57,549 bases of DNA from Rickettsiales bacterium (GTDB taxonomy: Bacteria; Pseudomonadota; Alphaproteobacteria; Rickettsiales; UBA3002): positions 1 through 57,549 of the forward strand of contig JBIISI010000001.1 in the NCBI GenBank assembly GCA_044341105.1. The letters run 5' to 3'. Positions 28,036 to 37,831 of the stretch are shown here, in pieces. Both the position numbers and the translations under genes were made by a program. Positions within the stretch are counted from its first letter, which is position 1; each line of letters opens with the position of its first letter. The notes below the pieces were generated by a model. That model was not told where the DNA came from. It saw only the letters and a list, made by a program, of their open reading frames with translations, and searched no databases.

Positions 28036-29811
28036 ATGAGCGCCAAGAAAAAACCGAAAGCCCTGCCGGGCTGGGATCTCTCCGCCCTGTATGCGGGGGT
28101 GAGCGACTCCGCCATCGCCCGCGACCTTGCGGCGCTCGAGAAAAAGGCAGCCACCTTCGCCAAGCGCTATCAGGGGAAGCTGGCGACCTCGCTGGCCGAA
28201 GCGATTGCCGATTACGAGCAATTGCAGGAAGGCATTGGCAAGCTGGGCAGTTTCGCGCAGCTGGTTTATGCCGCCGACATGCGCGACCCGGCGATCACGC
28301 AGTTCTACCAGAATACCTCGGAAGCGCTGACGCGGCTTTCAAGCCGCATCATTTTCTTCACGCTTGAGATCAACAAACTCTCCGACGCGGCGGTGAAGGC
28401 GGCGCTCGCCAAAAGCAAAACCCTCGCGCGCTACAAGCCATGGATCGACACGGTGCGCGCTTACAAAAACTACCAGCTTTCCGATGAGCTGGAGCATTAC
28501 ATCCACGAAACGTCGGTAATCGATGGGGCGTGGCAGCGCCTGTTCGACGAAACCGTCGCCCGCCTGCATTTCACTATGGAAGGCAAGCAGGTTGGCTCCG
28601 CCGAAATCTTCGATTACCTGTCGCATAAAGACGGCAAAAAGCGCAAAGAAGCCGCGAAGGAAATCGCCCGCGTGTTCGAGGAAAATAGCGCCCTGTTCGC
28701 GCTCATTACCAACACGCTGGCCAATGCCAAATACATCGACGACAAAAAGCGCGGCTTTAAAAGCGGCATCTCGAGCCGCAATATTTCCAACCAGGTGGAA
28801 GACGCGGTGGTCGATGCGCTGATCGCCACGGTGAAGAAAAATTACAGCCACCTTTCGCACCGCTATTACGCCTGGAAGGCCAAGCAGTTCAAGCGCAAGA
28901 GCCTCGATTACTGGGATCGCAACGCGCCGCTGCCCGCCGCCGATGAAGCCGATTTCGCATGGGGCGACGCGGTGACGCTGGTGCAGGAGGCGTATCATGC
29001 GTTTTCACCGGATCTGGCGCGCGTGGGCAAGCGCTTCTTCGACGAGAACTGGATTGACGTGCCGGTGCGGCCGGGCAAATCGCCGGGGGCGTTTGCGCAC
29101 CCCACCGTGCCCAGCGCGCACCCGTATCTGCTGCTCAACTATCAGGGCAAAACGCGCGACGTGATGACGCTGGCGCACGAGCTTGGCCACGGCGTGCATC
29201 AGGTGCTGTCGAACAAACAGGGCGCGCTGATGTGCGACACGCCGCTGACGCTGGCCGAAACCGCCAGCGTATTCGGCGAAATGCTGACCTTTCAGGAGCT
29301 GCTGAAGCGCGAGAAAAACAAAACGCGCCGCCAGCGCCTGATCGCCGGCAAGGTGGAAGATATGCTGAACACCGTGGTGCGGCAGATCGCGTTCTGCGAG
29401 TTCGAGCGCATGGTGCATGCGCAGCGCCGCGAGGGCGAGCTTTCGGTCGCGCGCATCGGCGAAATCTGGATGCAGGTGCAGCGCGAATCGCTCGGGCCGG
29501 CCATTCAGCTCCACCCCGAATACCATGTGTACTGGATGTATATTCCGCATTTCATCCACTCACCGTTTTATGTGTACGCCTATGCGTTCGGCGATTGCCT
29601 CGTGAACTCGCTTTACGGTGTGTACCTGAAGGAGGAAAAAGCCGGGCGCGGTGCGGCCTTCGCGAAGAAATACCACGCCATGCTGGAAGCGGGCGGCACG
29701 CTGCGCCACAAGGAGCTGCTCAAGCCGTTCGGGCTCGATGCCAGCAAGCCCGATTTCTGGCAGCAGGGGCTGGACGTGATCGCAGGCTACATCAAAGAAC
29801 TCGGCGCTTAG
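28036..29811 (+). CDS. pepF: M3-family oligoendopeptidase (PepF-like)
   Basis: 591 aa. HELGHGVH zinc motif in an M3B-like context. AAGGAG RBS. Confidence 0.9.
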   Translation: MSAKKKPKALPGWDLSALYAGVSDSAIARDLAALEKKAATFAKRYQGKLATSLAEAIADYEQLQEGIGKLGSFAQLVYAADMRDPAITQFYQNTSEALTRLSSRIIFFTLEINKLSDAAVKAALAKSKTLARYKPWIDTVRAYKNYQLSDELEHYIHETSVIDGAWQRLFDETVARLHFTMEGKQVGSAEIFDYLSHKDGKKRKEAAKEIARVFEENSALFALITNTLANAKYIDDKKRGFKSGISSRNISNQVEDAVVDALIATVKKNYSHLSHRYYAWKAKQFKRKSLDYWDRNAPLPAADEADFAWGDAVTLVQEAYHAFSPDLARVGKRFFDENWIDVPVRPGKSPGAFAHPTVPSAHPYLLLNYQGKTRDVMTLAHELGHGVHQVLSNKQGALMCDTPLTLAETASVFGEMLTFQELLKREKNKTRRQRLIAGKVEDMLNTVVRQIAFCEFERMVHAQRREGELSVARIGEIWMQVQRESLGPAIQLHPEYHVYWMYIPHFIHSPFYVYAYAFGDCLVNSLYGVYLKEEKAGRGAAFAKKYHAMLEAGGTLRHKELLKPFGLDASKPDFWQQGLDVIAGYIKELGA

Positions 29812-29819
29812 CGCTGCTT

Positions 29820-29861
29820 TCATCCCTACTTTAAAGGCATGCCCGCGAAGGCGGGAATGAC
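29820..29861. repeat. Family A REP unit
   Basis: TCATCCC ... CCCGC-GAAG-GCGGGAATGAC, immediately after the pepF stop. Confidence 0.7.
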
Positions 29862-29908
29862 GGGGCAAGTGGATAGAAGAAGCCGGAAGGGAAACCTCCG
29901 CCTTACCT

Positions 29909-29996
29909 CGTCATTGCGAGGAGCGACGCGACGCGGCAATCCAGAAGCTTCAGCAAACGGAAGCTTCTGGATTGCTTCGCTGCGCTCGCAATGACG
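29909..29996. repeat. Family B MITE-like palindromic element
   Basis: CGTCATTGCGAGGAGCGACGCGACGCGGCAATCCAGAAGCTTC-AGCAAACG-GAAGCTTCTGGATTGCTTCGCTGCGCTCGCAATGACG. Nearly a full-length hairpin. Same termini as 23513-23646. Confidence 0.85.
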
Positions 29997-30023
29997 GCAT
30001 TTGTGGGGGAGACGGACTGACGG

Positions 30024-31268
30024 TTATTCGGTGAGTGCATCGACCGCACGCAGCAGCACGGCAAGATCGGCCTCGCTGATATTCAGTGGCGGCATAAGAT
30101 AGACGATATTTTCGAACGGGCGCAGCCATGCGCCGTGCGCCACGCATTCGCGGCGCAGCCGGGCAATGTTGGGGGATTCGAGTTCGACCACCCCGATCGC
30201 ACCTTTCACGCGCACATCGACCACGCCGGCGCGGGTTTGCAGGTGTTTCAGCCCATCCCACAAGGCCAGTTCCAGCGCTTCGGCCTGCGCCACGCGCGGC
30301 TCGCGCTCGAACAGATCGAGCGAGGCATTGGCCGCCGCGCAGCCAATCGCATGCGCCATGAAGGTGGGGCCATGCATGAGCGCTTTGGCGGGGTCGTCGC
30401 TTAAAAACGCATCGAACACGTTCTGGCTGGCGAGCGTGGCGGCCAGCGGGGCATGCCCGCCGGTGAGGGCTTTGCCGAGGCAGAGAATATCGGGCTCGAT
30501 GGCGGCTTCGTGGCAGGCGAAGAAATTGCCGGTGCGGCCAAAGCCGGTGGCGATTTCGTCGGCGATGAACAGGATATCCTGCTCGCGGCAGACGCGGCGG
30601 ATTTCGGAGAGGATATCCGCCGAATGGAATTTCATGCCGCCTGCACCCTGCACCAGCGGCTCGATGATGAGGGCTGCGACCTGCCCGCGAATGGCGGCCA
30701 CCGTGTCGGCAAATTCGGCGAAGCTGTATTCGTCGTGCGGGATGTCGAGCTGGTAGTTCTTCAGGCTCAGGCCGGTGAAGGCATTTTTGAAATCGCTGTC
30801 GCTCGATACGCCCATCGCGCCGAACGTGTCGCCGTGATAGCCGTAGGTGAAGAAAATGAATTTCGAGCGCTTGGATTCGCCCTTATTGCGCCAGTATTGC
30901 AGCGCCATTTTCATGGCCACTTCGACGGCGACCGAGCCCGATTCGGCAAAGAACACGCGTTGCATGCCAAGCCGCGTGCTGTCGCACAGGCGCTGGGCGA
31001 GGCGGTAGGGTTGGGCGTGCGCCAGCCCGGCGAACATCACGTGTGAAAGCGTGGCGGCCTGCTGCTGGATGGCTTCGACGATGTGCGGGTGCTGGTAGCC
31101 GTGGCAGGTGCTCCACCAGCTGCTGGTGCCATCGACCAGCGTGCTTCCATCGGCCAGGGTGAGGCGGCTGCCGCTGGCGCTGGCAACGGGCAGGGGCTCG
31201 GCCACCGTCTGCATTTGCGCATAGGGCAGCCAGATATGGGGGTAGCCGGTGCTGAACCAGTCGCTCAT
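30024..31268 (-). CDS. bioA: Adenosylmethionine-8-amino-7-oxononanoate aminotransferase
   Basis: The Met at 31268 gives [47 protein letters not shown] and [11 protein letters not shown] are BioA motifs. ATGA overlap with the bioB stop. Confidence 0.92.
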   Translation of the reverse strand: MSDWFSTGYPHIWLPYAQMQTVAEPLPVASASGSRLTLADGSTLVDGTSSWWSTCHGYQHPHIVEAIQQQAATLSHVMFAGLAHAQPYRLAQRLCDSTRLGMQRVFFAESGSVAVEVAMKMALQYWRNKGESKRSKFIFFTYGYHGDTFGAMGVSSDSDFKNAFTGLSLKNYQLDIPHDEYSFAEFADTVAAIRGQVAALIIEPLVQGAGGMKFHSADILSEIRRVCREQDILFIADEIATGFGRTGNFFACHEAAIEPDILCLGKALTGGHAPLAATLASQNVFDAFLSDDPAKALMHGPTFMAHAIGCAAANASLDLFEREPRVAQAEALELALWDGLKHLQTRAGVVDVRVKGAIGVVELESPNIARLRRECVAHGAWLRPFENIVYLMPPLNISEADLAVLLRAVDALTE

Positions 31269-32239
31269 GCAGCCTTGGCTTGCACATCGCTTGCCAGGGG
31301 CATGGGGCGAAGGCCGAGTGCGGCGAACAGGGCGTCGTCGCTGGTGGCGTTCGGGTTGGCGGCGGTGAGCAGCTTGTCGCCGTAGAAAATGGAATTGGCA
31401 CCGGCGAAGAAGCACATGGCCTGCATTTCGCGGCTCATATCCTCGCGGCCTGCCGACAGGCGCACCATGGATTGCGGCATCATGATGCGGGCGACCGCCA
31501 CTGTGCGCACGAATTCAAGGCTGTCGATGCGCGACTGGCCTTCGAGCTTGGTGCCGGGAATGGCGATGAGCATGTTGATGGGCACCGATTCGGGGTGGGT
31601 GGGCAGGTTGGCGAGCGTGACCAGCAAATCGGCGCGATCCTGCTGGGCCTCGCCCATGCCGAGAATGCCGCCGCAGCAGGTTTTCATGCCCGCCGCGCGC
31701 ACGCTTGCCAACGTATCGAGGCGATCCTGATAGGTGCGGGTGGTGATGATTTCCTGATAGAAATTTTCCGACGTATCGAGGTTGTGGTTGTAATAATCGA
31801 GCCCGGCATGGGCCAGCTCCAGCGCCTGCTCGGGGGTGAGCATGCCAAGCGTGGCGCAGGTTTCCAGCCCCATGGCCTTCACGCCCGCGATCATTTCCTT
31901 CAGCGGCTCCATGTCGCGGCTTTTGGGGCTGCGCCAGGCGGCGCCCATGCAGAAGCGGCTCGCGCCATTAGCTTTTGCCTCGGCAGCGTTTTTCAGCACT
32001 TCTTCCACGTCCATGCGCTTGGTAGCTTTCACGTCGGTGTCGAAGCTGGCGCTTTGCGAGCAATAGCCGCAATCCTCGGCGCAGCCGCCGGTTTTGATGC
32101 TGCACAGCGTGGAAACCTGCACTTCGTTCGGGTCGAAATGCTGGCGGTGGATGGTGGCCGCCTGAAAGAGCAGCTCGTTCATGGGCAGGGCAAACAGCGC
32201 GAGGGCTTGCTCGCGCGTCCAGTCATGGCGTAGGGTCAT
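31265..32239 (-). CDS. bioB: Biotin synthase (radical SAM)
   Basis: [11 protein letters not shown] radical-SAM cluster motif, YNHNLDTS and GGILGMGE. Start at [13 protein letters not shown]. Confidence 0.95.
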   Translation of the reverse strand: MTLRHDWTREQALALFALPMNELLFQAATIHRQHFDPNEVQVSTLCSIKTGGCAEDCGYCSQSASFDTDVKATKRMDVEEVLKNAAEAKANGASRFCMGAAWRSPKSRDMEPLKEMIAGVKAMGLETCATLGMLTPEQALELAHAGLDYYNHNLDTSENFYQEIITTRTYQDRLDTLASVRAAGMKTCCGGILGMGEAQQDRADLLVTLANLPTHPESVPINMLIAIPGTKLEGQSRIDSLEFVRTVAVARIMMPQSMVRLSAGREDMSREMQAMCFFAGANSIFYGDKLLTAANPNATSDDALFAALGLRPMPLASDVQAKAA

Positions 32240-32247
32240 GTTTTTTA

Positions 32248-32276
32248 TCTCGCAAGTTGGGGCGAATTCTGCGAGA
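32248..32276. promoter_or_regulatory. Inverted repeat in the 73-bp bioB/bioF divergent control region (candidate operator)
   Basis: TCTCGCA-N15-TGCGAGA, centred between the bioB start (32239) and the bioF start (32313). Confidence 0.35.
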
Positions 32277-32312
32277 GAATTAGCCGTTTCGCCCACGGGA
32301 TACAAAGGAAAA

Positions 32313-33422
32313 ATGACCAGCCTCGATCAGTTCGCCAGCACGCAGCTCGCGGCGCTTACTGCCACCCACCAGCGCCGGACGTTGCACGTCATGCGCAAAG
32401 AAGGGGTTCGGGTGGTGCTGGAGGGGCGGGAATATCTCTCGTTTGCCGATAATGATTATTTGGGGCTGAGCCAGCACCGGCGTGTGGTGGCGGCGGCCAC
32501 TTCGGTGCAGGCCGCCGGCGCCGGCGCTGCACGGCTGGTGAGCGGCAACCACCCGGCATACGCCGCGCTGGAGCAAGCCCTCGCCGCGCAAAAAGGCACC
32601 GAGGCGGCGCTGGTGTTCGGCAGTGGCTACATGGCCAATATCGGCCTTATTCCGGCGCTGGTGGGCAAGGGCGACCTCGTGCTGGTCGATAAGCTGGCCC
32701 ATGCCTGCATCATTGATGGGGCGAAGCTTTCGGGCGCGGCGTTTAAACGGTTTAAGCATAATGACCTTGCGCATCTCGAAACGTTGCTGGCGGATCGCGC
32801 ATCGTATCGCCATGTGCTGATCTGCACCGACCATATTTTCAGCATGGATGGCGACCGCGCACCGCTGGCCGCCATGCATGCGCTGGCGCAGCGCCACAGC
32901 GCGTGGCTGATGGCCGATGACGCCCACGGCATCGGCTTTTTCGACGACCACCCGCCGGTGGATGTGTGGATGGGCACGCTCAGCAAGGCGCTTGGCAGCT
33001 ATGGCGGCTATGTGGCGGGCAGCCGTGCGCTGGTCGATTACCTCGCGAGCGCGGCGCGCAGTTTCATGTTCACCACCGGCCTGCCACCCGCCTGCTGCGA
33101 GGCGGCGCAGGTGGCCCTGCAGGTGATGCAGGCCGAGCCCGATCGCGCCAGGCGCGCCCATGGTTATGCCCTGCAGGTGGCGCAGGCGCTGGGCTTGCCC
33201 GCGCCCGAGGCGGCCATTCTGCCGGTGATGATGGGCAGCGAACAGGCCGCGCTGGAAGCCAGCGAGGCATTGAAAGAAAAAGGAATTTTTGTGGTGGCGA
33301 TTCGCCCGCCCACGGTGCCACCGGGCACGGCCCGCCTGCGGCTGGCCTTCAGCGCGGCGCATAGCCCCGCGCAGGTTCAGCAGTTGATTGATGCATTAAA
33401 ACCATTAACAATACGACCATGA
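32313..33422 (+). CDS. bioF: 8-amino-7-oxononanoate synthase
   Basis: [19 protein letters not shown], the DDAHG and [13 protein letters not shown] (PLP Lys) motifs. The track ORF is over-extended upstream. Confidence 0.92.
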   Translation: MTSLDQFASTQLAALTATHQRRTLHVMRKEGVRVVLEGREYLSFADNDYLGLSQHRRVVAAATSVQAAGAGAARLVSGNHPAYAALEQALAAQKGTEAALVFGSGYMANIGLIPALVGKGDLVLVDKLAHACIIDGAKLSGAAFKRFKHNDLAHLETLLADRASYRHVLICTDHIFSMDGDRAPLAAMHALAQRHSAWLMADDAHGIGFFDDHPPVDVWMGTLSKALGSYGGYVAGSRALVDYLASAARSFMFTTGLPPACCEAAQVALQVMQAEPDRARRAHGYALQVAQALGLPAPEAAILPVMMGSEQAALEASEALKEKGIFVVAIRPPTVPPGTARLRLAFSAAHSPAQVQQLIDALKPLTIRP

Positions 33423-34117
33423 GCACACTTACGTTAAGCGGATGGGCCCAGCCCAGCGACGCGCTGACCCGCGGCCTGTCGCTGCACCACGCGCACACCT
33501 TCGATTACAGCGAATACCCCAACGCGCAGGCGAGCTTCGACGCGCTGGCCCGGCACGGCGACGTGCAGGAGGTCATCGCGTGGTCGATGGGCGCGCAGCT
33601 GGCGATTCGCGCGGTGGCGGCGGGGGTGCTTCGGCCCACGCACATGACGCTGCTTTGCGCACCGTTCCAGTTTGTGTCCGACCAGCAATTCAGTGGCGGC
33701 ATGGACCCCATCACCTACCAGCAGTTCCGCACGAATTATGCCGAAGACCCGGCGCGCACGAAGAAGAAATTCCACGCGCTGGTGGCCAAAGGCGATAGCT
33801 ATGCGCGGCGCATTCAGGGCATGCTCGACCACCACCCGCAGGTCGACGATACCGCGCGCTGGTTGCCGTGGCTCGATGATCTGGCGGAAACCAGCCTGCG
33901 CGGGGTGGATGCCAGCGCATTGCCGCCCACGCTGCTGATTTACGGCACGGAAGATGCCATCGTGCCCATCGCGCAGGCCGAAAAAATGCATCAATTGTTG
34001 CCGCAGGCCACCGTGTCGCGCTGGGTGGGCGCGGCGCACGCGCCGCATCTGCACGATGCCGCACGGGTGCTGCATGAAATTGCCAGCCACAAGCACGGGG
34101 GGCTTCAGGTCGCATGA
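33419..34117 (+). CDS. bioH: Pimeloyl-ACP methyl ester esterase, BioH-like alpha/beta hydrolase
   Basis: 232 aa between bioF and bioC. SGWAQPSDA resembles the BioH GWGLNAEVW region. Nucleophile elbow AWSMG and C-terminal AAHAPHLH. ATGA overlaps on both sides. Confidence 0.72.
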   Translation: MSTLTLSGWAQPSDALTRGLSLHHAHTFDYSEYPNAQASFDALARHGDVQEVIAWSMGAQLAIRAVAAGVLRPTHMTLLCAPFQFVSDQQFSGGMDPITYQQFRTNYAEDPARTKKKFHALVAKGDSYARRIQGMLDHHPQVDDTARWLPWLDDLAETSLRGVDASALPPTLLIYGTEDAIVPIAQAEKMHQLLPQATVSRWVGAAHAPHLHDAARVLHEIASHKHGGLQVA

Positions 34118-34869
34118 TTCGCCCGCAGGCAGTGCAGCGCAATTTCGACCGTGCCAGCGCGGCCTATGACCAGCATGCGCCGCTGCAACTGCAATGGCGG
34201 CAGCAATTGCTGGAAGCGGCGCGCGATTATTTCCCGGCGCAGGCGCACGTGCTGGATATCGGCGCAGGTACGGGCGGCATGGCCGCTAGCGCGCCCGAGG
34301 GCTGGCGTGTGATTTCGCTCGACCTCGCCTATGGCATGTGCCGGCAGGCGCGGGTGCATGGCGCCAGCGTGCAGGCCGATGCTACCGCCTTGCCGCTGGC
34401 CAGCGGCAGTGTGGCGGGCGTGCTGTCGTCGCTGTGTTTGCAATGGGTAGAGGATTTAGGCGCGGCGTTTTCGGAAATGCACCGCGTGCTGGCCCCCGGT
34501 GGGCATGTCGCGATCATGAGCCTCGGGCCGCAAACCTTGCAGGAATTACGCGCGTTCGATGCATTTCGCCTGCTGCCCATGCGCCCGCTGGCCGCCTATG
34601 CGCAGGCCGCTGAAGACGCAGGATTTGAACTGCTGATGGCGCAGGCCCGCAGCGAAACGCACGATTATGCCAGCATGGGGGCGCTGTTGCGCTCGTTCAA
34701 AGCCATCGGCGCGCAGGCGGCGTTTCATGCGCGGCCCACGCCGCTTGGCCCGGCGGCCTATAGCGCCATGGCAAAAACCTATGCCGCGCGGCATCCATCG
34801 GCGCAGGGCGGCATCACCGCCAGCTGGCAGCCGCTGATGCTGGTGGCCCGCAAGCGAGCGCAGGCATGA
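34114..34869 (+). CDS. bioC: Malonyl-ACP O-methyltransferase
   Basis: FDRASAAYDQHAPLQ and the SAM motif VLDIGAGTGG. Positioned between bioH and bioD. Confidence 0.85.
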   Translation: MIRPQAVQRNFDRASAAYDQHAPLQLQWRQQLLEAARDYFPAQAHVLDIGAGTGGMAASAPEGWRVISLDLAYGMCRQARVHGASVQADATALPLASGSVAGVLSSLCLQWVEDLGAAFSEMHRVLAPGGHVAIMSLGPQTLQELRAFDAFRLLPMRPLAAYAQAAEDAGFELLMAQARSETHDYASMGALLRSFKAIGAQAAFHARPTPLGPAAYSAMAKTYAARHPSAQGGITASWQPLMLVARKRAQA

Positions 34870-35525
34870 GCACGTATTTCATCGCCGGGGCCGGCACCGA
34901 TATCGGCAAAACCTTCACCACCTGCGCGTTGATCGAGGCGGCCAAGCGGCAGGGTCGCGCGGTGGCGGCGTTCAAGCCGGTCATCACTGGTTTCGACCCC
35001 GACGATGCGCAAAGCGACACCGCCCTGCTGATCGACGCGCTGGATGGCGGCACGGTGGAAGAAATTTCGCCATGGCGCTACCGCATGCCGCTTTCGCCGG
35101 AAATGGCGGCGCAGCTGGAAGGCCCGCCGCTCGGCCTCGCGCAGATGGATGCATGGGTGGCGCAGGTGAAAGACCGCGCCGCGCTGACGCTGATTGAAAC
35201 CGCCGGTGGCGTGATGGTGCCGTTGAACGCGCAGGCCACCACCCGCGACTGGATGCGCGAGGCGGGCCTGCCGGTGGTGTTGGTGGTGGGGTCGTATCTG
35301 GGTGCGATCAGCCATGCGCTGAGCGCGGTGGAAGCACTGCACGCGGCGGAAATCCCCATCGCGGCGATGGTGGTGAACCAATCCCAGCAAGGGCCGGATT
35401 TGATCGCCACGTGCGAAAGCATTCGCCGCCATGCGCATGGGGTTGGGCACATCGTTGCGCAGCGGCGGGTGCAGCACCCGAAAGATGCCACGGCGGTCCA
35501 CGCCCTGCTGGAGGAATTAGCATGA
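34866..35525 (+). CDS. bioD: ATP-dependent dethiobiotin synthetase
   Basis: YFIAGAGTDIGKTFTTCAL P-loop and GGVMVPLN. 219 aa. Confidence 0.92.
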   Translation: MSTYFIAGAGTDIGKTFTTCALIEAAKRQGRAVAAFKPVITGFDPDDAQSDTALLIDALDGGTVEEISPWRYRMPLSPEMAAQLEGPPLGLAQMDAWVAQVKDRAALTLIETAGGVMVPLNAQATTRDWMREAGLPVVLVVGSYLGAISHALSAVEALHAAEIPIAAMVVNQSQQGPDLIATCESIRRHAHGVGHIVAQRRVQHPKDATAVHALLEELA

Positions 35526-36154
35526 ACTTCATCGAACATCTGCAGCGGCTGGCGATGATTCGCACCAAGCCCGAGCCCGTTGGCCCGCGCTATGGCGACA
35601 TTATGGAGCGCGCGGTAGCGGCGGGAATTGACCTGTGGGTGTTCTACGCGCTGTTTTTCGACCTGTTCCGCTGGATTTCGACAAAACTCTATGCCTATGC
35701 CGACCCGGCGTTGCTGGAGCAGGCGCGCGAAACTCCGCAGGTCGGGGTGGCGCTGGTGCTGCTGTGGAAAGCCGGGGCGGTGCAGCTCTGGTTCCTTGAT
35801 TGCGTGGTGCAATTCCTCATCATTGGGGTGCTGGTGGTGGGCATGCAAATGATCTGGCAGGCCACGCCGGGCAAATGGATCATGGGGCTTAAAATCGTGC
35901 GGCGCGGCACGTTGGCACCGGTGGCGCGTTGGCGCTATGTGCTGCGCTATCTGGCGTATCTTCCGTCGCTTGGGCCGCTCATGCTTGGCATGATCTGGGC
36001 CAGTTTCAATCACGAGCGCCGCACATGGCACGATATCATCGCGGGGACGGTGGTGCACCAGACCCGCCCGCGTGGCTGGTATTGGGCGCAGGTGAAGCGT
36101 GGCGGGCGCTGGGTGCTTGGCCGGGTTCGCGGGCAACGCGCCGAAGCGGAATAA
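35522..36154 (+). CDS. RDD-family integral membrane protein
   Basis: ATPGKWIMGLKIVRR ... ERRTWHDIIAGTVVH is the RDD signature, with 3 predicted TM segments. Its ATG overlaps the bioD stop (ATGA). Confidence 0.85.
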   Translation: MNFIEHLQRLAMIRTKPEPVGPRYGDIMERAVAAGIDLWVFYALFFDLFRWISTKLYAYADPALLEQARETPQVGVALVLLWKAGAVQLWFLDCVVQFLIIGVLVVGMQMIWQATPGKWIMGLKIVRRGTLAPVARWRYVLRYLAYLPSLGPLMLGMIWASFNHERRTWHDIIAGTVVHQTRPRGWYWAQVKRGGRWVLGRVRGQRAEAE

Positions 36155-36157
36155 ACC

Positions 36158-36910
36158 CTAGCCGCGATGGAACAGGCGGTGGCCCAGCCACCCGCCACAC
36201 AGCGCCATGGCGATGGCCGCAAAGCCATATAGCCACGGGCGCTGCTGCGCCTCGCGGTAGATCATGGCATCGAAACCGGTTTTGTAGACACGCAGCGGAA
36301 TGGTCTGGAAGGCGATGGGTTTGCCGTCGCTGAACAAATAGACTTCCACACTGTAGGTGCCGCCGGGCAGGGTGTCGGGCACGTTCAGCCGTGCGCTGAA
36401 CAGGCTTTCGCCGAAATAGGTGATGCGGTCGAACGGCTCCTGCCAGCGGCGCTTGCTGACGAGCAGCTCGCGCAGGGCTTTGTCGAACGTGTCGTTGCTG
36501 GAGCTGTTGCTGCCCAAAATGGCCTGCCGCGCGCCAAGGCCAAGCTGCTGCAGGGTGTAGCGCGCGGCGATGTCTTTCAGCGGACGGGTGGTGGTGGTGG
36601 CGTAAAACAGCGGTAGCTGATCGTATTTATGTTGTTCTACATGCATCCACATGCCGGCGTTGCGCTCTTTGCGGCGCAGGGTGACGTTGGCGGTGGGGCC
36701 GCGCACGGCGATGACCAGATCGCCACGCACATTGCGGGCGCCGTAGATCAGCAACTGGGTGCCGGTGAAGCCGGAATGAATCTGGATGTCGCGTTGCGAA
36801 ATATCGGCCACCATAGGCCCAGCGAGGGTAATCGCTTCGGGTTGCGGCACCAGTTGGGCATTCGCCAGCGGTGGCATCAACAGCAGCGCGAGGGTGAGGA
36901 GATGCTTCAT
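36158..36910 (-). CDS. Signal-peptide plus C-terminal-TM protein (resembles the alphaproteobacterial TIGR02186 family)
   Basis: MKHLLTLALLLMPPLANA signal peptide and C-terminal TM LYGFAAIAMALCGGWLG. ATGA overlap with the upstream TauE gene. The family name is from memory of its usual pairing with TauE/DUF81. Confidence 0.72.
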   Translation of the reverse strand: MKHLLTLALLLMPPLANAQLVPQPEAITLAGPMVADISQRDIQIHSGFTGTQLLIYGARNVRGDLVIAVRGPTANVTLRRKERNAGMWMHVEQHKYDQLPLFYATTTTRPLKDIAARYTLQQLGLGARQAILGSNSSSNDTFDKALRELLVSKRRWQEPFDRITYFGESLFSARLNVPDTLPGGTYSVEVYLFSDGKPIAFQTIPLRVYKTGFDAMIYREAQQRPWLYGFAAIAMALCGGWLGHRLFHRG

Positions 36911-37830
36911 GGCTGCATGACCGTGAGAGTGTAGAGGTCTTTCGGGGTAATGAACAGGCCGTAGGCAAGGCTGCACACCATCAGGCATAGCAGCGCGGCC
37001 ATGAGGCCACGCACCGCGTAATGTGGGATATGCTGGCTGAGGCGCACGCCCCATTGCGCGCCGATGGCGGAGCCGATGAGCAGCAGCGCCGCCAGCACGA
37101 TATCGACCGAATGGGTGGTGACGGCGTGCAGCATGGTGGCGGCGGCGGTGATGAAGATGATCTGGTAGAGCGAGGTGCCGACGGTGACTTTCGGCGGCAT
37201 GCGCAGCAGATAGAGCATGGCAGGCACCATGATGAATCCGCCGCCCACACCAAGCAACGCCACCAGAATGCCGCTCACCAGCCCGATCGCCATCGGTAAC
37301 AGGACGCTGTGATCGACATCGCTCTGGGCGAATTTTTTGCGCCATTTCAGGCGTTGCACCCATTCGGGAAACACCACGTAGCGCAGGGTGGGACTGGCCA
37401 CGCCGCGCTTGCCCGCATGCCACAAATGATAAGCCTCGCGCCCGGTGATGATGCCGATGCCACCGAGCAGCACAATGTAGAGCAGCGAGATCATGAGGTC
37501 GATCTGGCCGACGCGCTTGAGCTGCGCGAAGATATACACGCCGAGCAGCACGCCCGCCATGCCGCCCGCAACCAGCCAGTTGCCCATCTGGATATCCACG
37601 CGCTTATGTTTCAGGTGCGAGAGGAACCCGGAGAAAGAGGAGGCGATAATCATGTTCGCGCTGGTGGCAACCGCCACGGCGGGCGGCACATCGAGCATCA
37701 GCAGGATGGGGGTGAGCACAAATCCGCCGCCAATGCCGAACAGGCCAGAGAACACCCCGGCGATCCCACCCAGCATCAGCAGGCCAAACGCATTGGCCGA
37801 AAGCTCTGCGATGGGCAGGTAGATATGCAT
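36907..37830 (-). CDS. Sulfite exporter TauE/SafE (DUF81) family membrane protein
   Basis: 307 aa, multi-TM, with repeated GxGGG motifs (FGIGGGFVLTP and LGVGGGFIMVP). Confidence 0.9.
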   Translation of the reverse strand: MHIYLPIAELSANAFGLLMLGGIAGVFSGLFGIGGGFVLTPILLMLDVPPAVAVATSANMIIASSFSGFLSHLKHKRVDIQMGNWLVAGGMAGVLLGVYIFAQLKRVGQIDLMISLLYIVLLGGIGIITGREAYHLWHAGKRGVASPTLRYVVFPEWVQRLKWRKKFAQSDVDHSVLLPMAIGLVSGILVALLGVGGGFIMVPAMLYLLRMPPKVTVGTSLYQIIFITAAATMLHAVTTHSVDIVLAALLLIGSAIGAQWGVRLSQHIPHYAVRGLMAALLCLMVCSLAYGLFITPKDLYTLTVMQP

Positions 37831-37831
37831 G

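Noticed and set aside
32240-32312. A BioR box (TTATMKATAA) or a BirA operator in the bio control region.
   Set aside because: Only a single TTATCT half-like string is present, and there is no TTGTAAACC-type repeat. The unrelated TCTCGCA-N15-TGCGAGA palindrome is reported instead.
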